DNA from: an uncultured delta proteobacterium
GTDB lineage: Bacteria; Myxococcota_A; Polyangia; Palsa-1104
Assembly: GCA_963785725.1 (NCBI GenBank)
Contig: CAWAWS010000026.1
Coordinates: 192,001-256,000, forward strand
Length of the DNA stretch: 64,000 nt
Direction of reading: 5' to 3'
Position 1 is the first letter of the stretch. Each line of letters opens with the position of its first letter. This document shows positions 57,411 to 64,000 of this stretch, in pieces. The notes under the pieces are model-generated. The model ran no database searches. It worked only from the letters and a program-made list of their open reading frames with translations, and was not told the origin of the DNA. A program made the position numbers and the translations under genes.

Positions 57411-60400
57411 TCAGTCGGCCGCTGATGACAGGGCGCGCTTGTCGTCGAGCTCGACGCGCGTGCGCGACTGCAGCCAGGCGCGCAGCTGCCTGGGGTCGTG
57501 CGAGGCCGGCGCCGCCGGCTCGACGCGCCACTCGCGCACCATGCCGTCGGCGTCGCTGGCGATGATGCGCTGGCCGTCGGGCGTGAACTGGATGGCGACG
57601 AGCGCGCCGTCGAGCGGCTCGACCTGCAGGAGCGCGCGCGTCGCGCCGTCCCACAGCCGCAGCGTGCGGTCGACGCCGCCGCCGGCCACGCGCGTGCCGT
57701 CGTCGGAGAAGCCGAAGCCGTGGATCATCGTCGGCGGCGTCGTGAACGGCTCCAGCCGCTCGTGCTCGAAGTCGAAGAAGTGCAGACCGTCGGTCAGATC
57801 CATCAGCGCCAAGCGCCCGCCGTCACGATCGTGCGCGACGATGATCGCCTGCTTCGCCAGCTGCCCGACCACTTTGGACACGCCCGTCGCCGCATCCCAG
57901 ACGCGCAGCGTGCCGTCGTATTCGATGGTCGCGACTCGCTTTTTGTCGACGGAGATGCCGTGTTGCCGCACGAGCGCCGTGGCGCCCGTCCACGTCGCCA
58001 CCTGCTTACCCTGGAAGTCGAGCAGGCGCAGCGCGAAGCTCTTGTCGTCCTGGGTGACGATCTTCGTGCAGTCGGGCGTAAAGAACGCGTAGATCGAGCT
58101 CGTGTGCTCGGCGAGGACGCGCAGGCTGGCGTCGCCGCGGTCATACAGTCGCAGCTTGTGATCGCCGCCGACGATGAGTACCTCTCGATCGTCGCAGGAG
58201 AACGCCTTGGCCCACAAGCGCACGCCCGGCTCGGCGATGTCGCGTTTGGAGCCGTCGCGCAAGTCGACGAGGCCGACGATGTTGTCCTGCCCGTTGGTGG
58301 CGATGAGGTTGCGATCGTGCGAGACGACGGTCATCATGCTGCCGCCGACGTGGTGCGCGAGCGTCTTGACGCTGCCGTCGGTGGGATCGAGCAGCGTGAC
58401 GGCGCCGTGCGTGGAATCGGTGACGACGACGCGGTGCTCGTCGAGGACCCGCAGGCCGCTCAGCGTGCCGGGCGACGGCGACCAGGCGCCGATGGGCGGC
58501 GTCGGCAGCGTCCACAAGCGCAAGCTGCAGTCGGTGGCGCTGGAGACGAGCGACTGACTGTCGGGGCTGAAGGCGAGCGTCGCCATGGCGCCGCGATGGC
58601 CGCGCAAGCGGATGCTGTTGCCGAGCGTCAAGTCCCACAAGCGGATGACGCCGCCCGTCGTGCCGGCGGCGACGCGGCGACCATCGGGCGAGACGGCGAC
58701 GGCGGCGATGCCGCGCTCGTCGCCGACCAGCTCGCGGACGGTGCCGCGCTGCCAGTCCCAGATGCGCAGCGTGCGATCGTTGCCGCCGAGCGCGATCTGC
58801 TTGCCGTCGGGTAAGAAGCGCGCGTCCTGGATGTCGGCGACGTTGCCGGGCGGGCGCACGATCGTCTGGCCGTCGCGCGTGCGGACTTCGACGTGCGCGC
58901 CGAAGACGACGACGTGGCCTTCGTCGGGCGAGACGGCGGCGCCGTTGGCGTGCCAGCCGACCGACCACGAGAGGCAATGATGATCGGCGACATTGCAGAC
59001 GTCGGCATTGCCCTTTTGGTCGACCGCCAAGAGCTGCTTGCCGCCGTCGAGATACTGCAAGGTCGGCGTCTCGTTGGCGCGCGCGACCAGCTGCTGCGAC
59101 TGACCGTCGAACGTCACGGTGCGCACGCCCTTGCCGCGCTCGGCGATGGCGAAGCCCGAGCCGTCGGCGGCGACCGCGACCGGCGCCGACAGCTCGCCCG
59201 TCGGCACGGCGTGGTGCGTGCCGCTGTCGAGATCCCACCATTCGACGGCCTGCTTCTCGATGAGATAGCTGAGCGCGAACAGCTTCTTGCCGTCGGGTGA
59301 CCAGCGCGTTCCCCAGGCGTGCACGTGATCGAGCGCGAAGCTGCGCACGAGCTTGCCCGTCGCCGTGTCGCGGACCTCGACGCGGTTGGCGGCGCCTTCG
59401 AGCGGCACCGCCAGCTGGCGGCCGTCGGGCGAGAAGCTCGGGAACGGCACTTCGTCGGGCGACTGAAAGACATAGCGCGCCGCGCCGTCGCTCGTGGCTT
59501 TGAGCGCCACGTCGCGCACCTCTTCCCAGCTCGGGCCGTCGAGCGGATATTGCTTGAGCCAGGCCAGCGTCGCCGTCGGGTCGCGATCGAGCGTGGCGCG
59601 CGCGCCGGCGATGATCATTTCGTTGCTGCGCGCCTGCGAGATGTCGCGCTCGCGCAAGACGCGTCGCACCGAGAGGAAGCCGACCGCGCCCAGCGCCAGC
59701 GCGAACGCGGCCGACAGCGTCACCGGCAGCCGATGGCGCGCCATCCAGCGGCCGAACAGCTCGCCGAAGGAATAGTGGCGCACGCCGACGAGCTGACCCG
59801 ACTGATACCGCTTGAGATCGTGCGCCAGCGCGCCGGCGTCGGCGTAACGATCGGCCGGCGCGCGCGCCATCGCCTTGGCGACGATGGCCAGAAGATCGGG
59901 CGGCACGCCCGGCTGCACGCGATCGAGCGGCGGCGCCGCGCCCGCGCGCACGGCGGCCAAGACGTCGCTCACCTGCGCGCCCGAGTACGGCAGACGGCCG
60001 GCCAAGAGCGTGTACAGCATGGCGCCCAAGGCGTAGACGTCGGCGCGCTCGTCGACGGGCACGCACATCGCCTGCTCGGGCGCCATGAACGACGGCGTGC
60101 CGAGCACCGCGCCCAGCGCCGTCTGATCCGAGCGGGCGTTCGGCGCGTCGGCGGAGCCCGGCGACGCGTCCTCGGCTTCGTCGGGCGCGCCGTCGGCGAG
60201 CGCCTTGCCGAGGCCCCAATCGACGACCATGGTCTCGCCGAACTCACCGACGAGGATGTTGCTCGGCTTCAGATCGCGATGAATGACCCGCTTCGAGTGC
60301 GCGTAGGCGATGGCTTCGGCGACGGCGATGACGTGCGGCAACAGCGCCATGCGCCGCTCGAGCGTGCCCGCCTCCGCGATCAGCTGCGACAAGGGCCGGC

Positions 60401-60863
60401 CCGAGATGAACTTCATGGCGTAGAACGGCTGTCCGTTCGGCCACGTCCCCGCTTCGTACACGGGCACGATCGACGGATGCTGCAAGCGCGCCGTCAGCGT
60501 CGCCTCGCGCGCGAAGCGCCGCGCCGCCGCCGGGCTCTCGCTGATGAGCTCCTTGAGCGCGACCGGCCGGCCGAGTCGCAGATCCTCGGCCCACAAGATG
60601 CGCCCGATGCCACCGCGCGCGTGCTCGCCGTGCACGCGATAGGCGGTCGTGCCCATGATCGGCAGCGGCGCCGCCGCCGACAGACCGGGCGCGATCGTCC
60701 AATTACCGAGCGGCGTCGCCAGCGACTGCGTGGCGTGCGAGCGTTCGGCGCAGCTCGAGCAGCTCGAGATGTGATCGCGCAGCTCGAGCTGCTCGGACCC
60801 GCTCAGCCGCCCCAGTTGATGCGCCACCAACACTTCCTGATCGGGACATTCCACGGCGCACAT
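57411..60863 (-). CDS. Ser/Thr kinase with N-terminal zinc-finger-like motif and C-terminal WD40 repeats
   Basis: H..SCSSC; ARGGIG, VALK, HRDLKPSN, DWG, GTPSFMAPE; many FSPDG and D.TLR.WD repeats. Confidence 0.93.
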   Translation of the reverse strand: MCAVECPDQEVLVAHQLGRLSGSEQLELRDHISSCSSCAERSHATQSLATPLGNWTIAPGLSAAAPLPIMGTTAYRVHGEHARGGIGRILWAEDLRLGRPVALKELISESPAAARRFAREATLTARLQHPSIVPVYEAGTWPNGQPFYAMKFISGRPLSQLIAEAGTLERRMALLPHVIAVAEAIAYAHSKRVIHRDLKPSNILVGEFGETMVVDWGLGKALADGAPDEAEDASPGSADAPNARSDQTALGAVLGTPSFMAPEQAMCVPVDERADVYALGAMLYTLLAGRLPYSGAQVSDVLAAVRAGAAPPLDRVQPGVPPDLLAIVAKAMARAPADRYADAGALAHDLKRYQSGQLVGVRHYSFGELFGRWMARHRLPVTLSAAFALALGAVGFLSVRRVLRERDISQARSNEMIIAGARATLDRDPTATLAWLKQYPLDGPSWEEVRDVALKATSDGAARYVFQSPDEVPFPSFSPDGRQLAVPLEGAANRVEVRDTATGKLVRSFALDHVHAWGTRWSPDGKKLFALSYLIEKQAVEWWDLDSGTHHAVPTGELSAPVAVAADGSGFAIAERGKGVRTVTFDGQSQQLVARANETPTLQYLDGGKQLLAVDQKGNADVCNVADHHCLSWSVGWHANGAAVSPDEGHVVVFGAHVEVRTRDGQTIVRPPGNVADIQDARFLPDGKQIALGGNDRTLRIWDWQRGTVRELVGDERGIAAVAVSPDGRRVAAGTTGGVIRLWDLTLGNSIRLRGHRGAMATLAFSPDSQSLVSSATDCSLRLWTLPTPPIGAWSPSPGTLSGLRVLDEHRVVVTDSTHGAVTLLDPTDGSVKTLAHHVGGSMMTVVSHDRNLIATNGQDNIVGLVDLRDGSKRDIAEPGVRLWAKAFSCDDREVLIVGGDHKLRLYDRGDASLRVLAEHTSSIYAFFTPDCTKIVTQDDKSFALRLLDFQGKQVATWTGATALVRQHGISVDKKRVATIEYDGTLRVWDAATGVSKVVGQLAKQAIIVAHDRDGGRLALMDLTDGLHFFDFEHERLEPFTTPPTMIHGFGFSDDGTRVAGGGVDRTLRLWDGATRALLQVEPLDGALVAIQFTPDGQRIIASDADGMVREWRVEPAAPASHDPRQLRAWLQSRTRVELDDKRALSSAAD

Positions 60864-61200
60864 TACTCCAGAGCTTGCGGGTCATTCGTGCCGAAGCCTT
60901 CGCCGCTGCTGCCTATTTCCGCGCATACGCAACCAGCGGCGACCACGGGCGCGGGCCCGGGATGATCCGTTCAACGTATTGACGAGGTGTCGCTTCATTT
61001 GTCGCATGACGATTCGCACAGCCGGCCGATCGGAAACGTGGCGTGGACAGTCGAGGCGCTGTCTCATCGCAGATACACACGACATGCGTTTCTGATTTCG
61101 GCGACTTAGGCGGTGCGTCCGCTGGATCCGTTCTCGCAGAGCTGCCCTGACGCGAATCGTCAATCGACCGGCGACGTCGCGCTCACCCAAGGGGGCAACA

Positions 61201-63003
61201 ATGGCCCGCACGTCGTGCTCGATTTTGTTTTGTGTCACTTATCTCGGGGCCGCGCTCGGCGCCGCCGGTTGTGTCGGAGGCTCCGTCGGTGGCGAAGGCT
61301 CGGGCGATCCCAGCTCGGTGACGTCGGGCGGCGCCATCGTCCGCAACGGCAGCGCCAAATGCCTCGACGCGGCCGCCGCCGGCACCGGCAACGGCACGAA
61401 GATTCAGCAGTACACCTGCAACGGCACCGGCGCGCAGGACTTCCTGCTCACGGCGGTGACCGGCGGCGTCAAGATCGTCAACACCAACAGCGGCCGTTGC
61501 GTCGACATCAGCGCCGCCAGCACCGCCAACGGCGCTGCCATCCAGCTCTACGACTGCAACGGCACCGTCGCGCAAGTCTGGGTGGCCGAGGATCAAGGCA
61601 ACGGCTATGCGCAGCTGCGCAACCCCAACAGCAACAAGTGCCTCGACGTGGCCTCGGCGAGCAGCGCGGATGGCGCGACGGTGCAGCTGTATACGTGCAA
61701 CGGCACGTCGGCGCAGCAGTGGAAGGTGAGCGCGGCGGCCAGCGGCGGCTCGGCCGGCGGCGGCGGCTCGGCCGGTGGCGGCGGCTCGGCCGGCGGCGGC
61801 GGCTCGGGCACGTCGGCGACGCGCGTCGCGACCATCAAAACCCTAGTCGCGCACACGTATGTCGGCGCGACCAACGGCGGCGGCTCGACGATGTACGCCG
61901 ATCGTTATGCGCCACAAGGCTGGGAGACGTTCCAGCTCATCGACCACAACGGCGGCGCGCTCACCGACGGCGACAGCGTCAGCTTGCAGGTCAGCGGCGG
62001 GCAATATGTCTCGGCCAGCGGCGGCGCCACCAACGCCGCGGCGACGACGGCGGGCGCGACCGAGACGTTCACGATCGGCCTCGTCACCAAGGCGGACGGC
62101 ACGACGGCCAAGACGATCGTCGACGGCGATTCGTTCTCGCTGCAGGACTCGACGGGCACGTTCATCTCGGCGACCAACGGCGGCGGCTCGACGCTCGTCT
62201 CCAGCGCCGCCAAGGTCTCGACCTACGAGACGTTCCAGATCGGGCCCGCTACCGGCCTGGCCACGACCGAGTCGCTCGCCGGCTGGACGCTCAGCTGGTC
62301 CGACGAGTTCAACGGCGCCGCCGGCGCCGTCGACGGCACGAAGTGGACCGCCGAGGTCGACGGATCGCCGGCCAACGACGAGCTCGAATACTACACGTCG
62401 CGCCAGACCAACGTCGCCGTCGACGGCAACGGCGCGCTCGAGATCGTCGCCCGCGCCGAAGCCTACGGCGGTCGCAGCTACACGTCGGGCCGAATCAATA
62501 CGGCAGCACACTTTACACAAGCGTACGGCCGCTTCGAGGCGCGCGTGTGGATGCCGACCGGCAAGGGCATCTGGCCCGCGTTCTGGGTGCTCGGCGACAA
62601 CATCGGCTCGGTCAGCTGGCCGCAATGCGGTGAGCTCGACATCATGGAAACGATCGGCACCGACATGGACCACAACCACGGCAGCATGCACGGCCCCGGC
62701 TATTCCGGCGGCCAAGACATCACCGGCGAGTGGACCTATCCCGGCACGACGCTCGCCGACGGCTACCACAACTACGCGCTCGAGTGGTCGCCCAACCTCG
62801 TCAAGTTCTTCGTCGACGGCAACCTGTACGAGACGATCACGCCCGCCAACATTCCCGCGGGCGACACCTGGGTTTATGACCATCCGTTCTTCATCATCTT
62901 GAACGTCGCCGTCGGCGGCGATTGGCCGGGCGCGCCCGACGCCACCACCGTCTTCCCGCAGACGATGAAGGTCGACTACGTCCGCGTCTACACCAAGAGC
63001 TGA
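61201..63003 (+). CDS. Ricin B lectin plus fascin-like beta-trefoil plus GH16 beta-1,3-glucanase lipoprotein
   Basis: Lipobox AAG-C; ricin repeats; A.NGGG...(W/Y)ETF repeats; WSDEF, GIWPAFW, ELDIME, VDYVRVY. Confidence 0.92.
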   Translation: MARTSCSILFCVTYLGAALGAAGCVGGSVGGEGSGDPSSVTSGGAIVRNGSAKCLDAAAAGTGNGTKIQQYTCNGTGAQDFLLTAVTGGVKIVNTNSGRCVDISAASTANGAAIQLYDCNGTVAQVWVAEDQGNGYAQLRNPNSNKCLDVASASSADGATVQLYTCNGTSAQQWKVSAAASGGSAGGGGSAGGGGSAGGGGSGTSATRVATIKTLVAHTYVGATNGGGSTMYADRYAPQGWETFQLIDHNGGALTDGDSVSLQVSGGQYVSASGGATNAAATTAGATETFTIGLVTKADGTTAKTIVDGDSFSLQDSTGTFISATNGGGSTLVSSAAKVSTYETFQIGPATGLATTESLAGWTLSWSDEFNGAAGAVDGTKWTAEVDGSPANDELEYYTSRQTNVAVDGNGALEIVARAEAYGGRSYTSGRINTAAHFTQAYGRFEARVWMPTGKGIWPAFWVLGDNIGSVSWPQCGELDIMETIGTDMDHNHGSMHGPGYSGGQDITGEWTYPGTTLADGYHNYALEWSPNLVKFFVDGNLYETITPANIPAGDTWVYDHPFFIILNVAVGGDWPGAPDATTVFPQTMKVDYVRVYTKS

Positions 63004-63049
63004 TTCCCGCGCGATTCCACTCGACCGCGCATCGGATTAAGATCCTCCG

Positions 63050-64000
63050 ATGCGCGGCTTCGTCACCCTCCTCTGCCTCGTCATCGGGCTGACCGCTTCG
63101 TCGTCGCCGTCTTTCGCGGCGCAGGCAAAGCCGCCGCAAACCATCGACGAGCTGCGCGCGCGCATCGCCACCGTGCTCGCGCGCAACGGCGTCGCCGGCG
63201 CGGGCTTGGCGTTGGTGAGGCACGATCGCCTCGTGTGGTCGGGCGGCGTCGGCTTCGCCGATCGCGCAAGTAAACAGCCGGTTACTTCCGAGACGCTGTT
63301 CCGCGTGGGATCGATCACCAAGAGCTTCGTGGCGCTGGCGCTCTTGAAGCTGGCCGAGCAGGGGCGCATCGACCTGAAGGCGCGCGTGGCCGATTTGGCG
63401 CCGGAGCTGGCGATCGCCAATCGTTGGCAGCGCGAGTCGCCGATCACGGTGGCGCACCTGCTCGAGCACACGGCCGGCTTCGACGACATGCACTTCAACG
63501 AGACCTACGCGCCCTTGACCGTCGAGAATATGCCGCTGGCCGAGATCTTGGCGCGCAATCCGCGATCGCGGGTGGCGCGTTGGCGGCCGGGGTCGCGCTT
63601 TTCGTACGCCAATCCGGGCTATACCGTGGCCGCCTATCTGATCGAGAAGGCCAGCGGCCGCCCGTGGACCGATTACGTGCGCGATGAGCTGCTCCTGCCG
63701 CTCGGCATGCGCTCGGCCGCGCTGCGCTGGTCGCCCGAGGTCGACGCGCGCCTGGCGCGCGGCTACGGCGAGGGCCCGGACGCGCTGCCCTATCGCGCCA
63801 TCTATCACTTCCCGGCGGGCAACTTGATGGCGTCGCCGCGCGAGCTGGCGGCGTTGGTGCAGCTCGAGCTGGCGCGCGGTCGCGCCGGCGGTCGGCAGCT
63901 GGTGACTGCGGCGAGCATGGGGCGCATGGAGCGCAGCGAGACCAACGCCGTCCGCGGCCTCGACAGCGACTACGGCCTCGGCAACTACGGCGAGACGTGG
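63050..64000 (+). CDS. Exported serine hydrolase (beta-lactamase/AmpC-like family), 3'-truncated by the window edge
   Basis: Not in the ORF track. My translation gives a signal peptide [22 protein letters not shown] (SxxK), [15 protein letters not shown] (YxN) and LL.PLGM. Confidence 0.9.
   Translation, partial: MRGFVTLLCLVIGLTASSSPSFAAQAKPPQTIDELRARIATVLARNGVAGAGLALVRHDRLVWSGGVGFADRASKQPVTSETLFRVGSITKSFVALALLKLAEQGRIDLKARVADLAPELAIANRWQRESPITVAHLLEHTAGFDDMHFNETYAPLTVENMPLAEILARNPRSRVARWRPGSRFSYANPGYTVAAYLIEKASGRPWTDYVRDELLLPLGMRSAALRWSPEVDARLARGYGEGPDALPYRAIYHFPAGNLMASPRELAALVQLELARGRAGGRQLVTAASMGRMERSETNAVRGLDSDYGLGNYGETW

Overview
GC-rich bacterial chromosomal DNA that looks like Myxococcota (several Ser/Thr kinases, a Tgl-like TPR lipoprotein, Cys-rich surface proteins). 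The window falls into two parts. About 1-25 kb is a compact, mostly housekeeping block: sppA, AI-2E transporter, kinases, enoyl-CoA hydratase, a giant lipoprotein plus FadL-type porin, REC-GGDEF, queE, tgl-like/HTH/recO, pfkB kinase, NUDIX and a hybrid histidine kinase. At 25113-25140 there is a well-formed 28-bp dif-like XerC/XerD site (ATGTCTGATAA-GGCGTA-TTATGTCAACT), so this is probably the replication terminus. Right of it is an accessory patchwork: a short orphan segment abutting the site, three ricin-lectin secreted proteins (two with GH16 glucanase domains), a frameshifted dynamin-like gene, and a redox cluster (RsrR-like Rrf2 regulator with NmrA/SDR, YceI/LysR, TetR/SDR, and a flavin disulfide reductase overlapping a variant protoglobin) with several visible operator palindromes. 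All frameshifts I found lie in this right-hand part and may be sequencing errors. I saw no rRNA, tRNA, CRISPR array, integrase or transposase. All calls come from motif reading and recall; no searches or computations were run.
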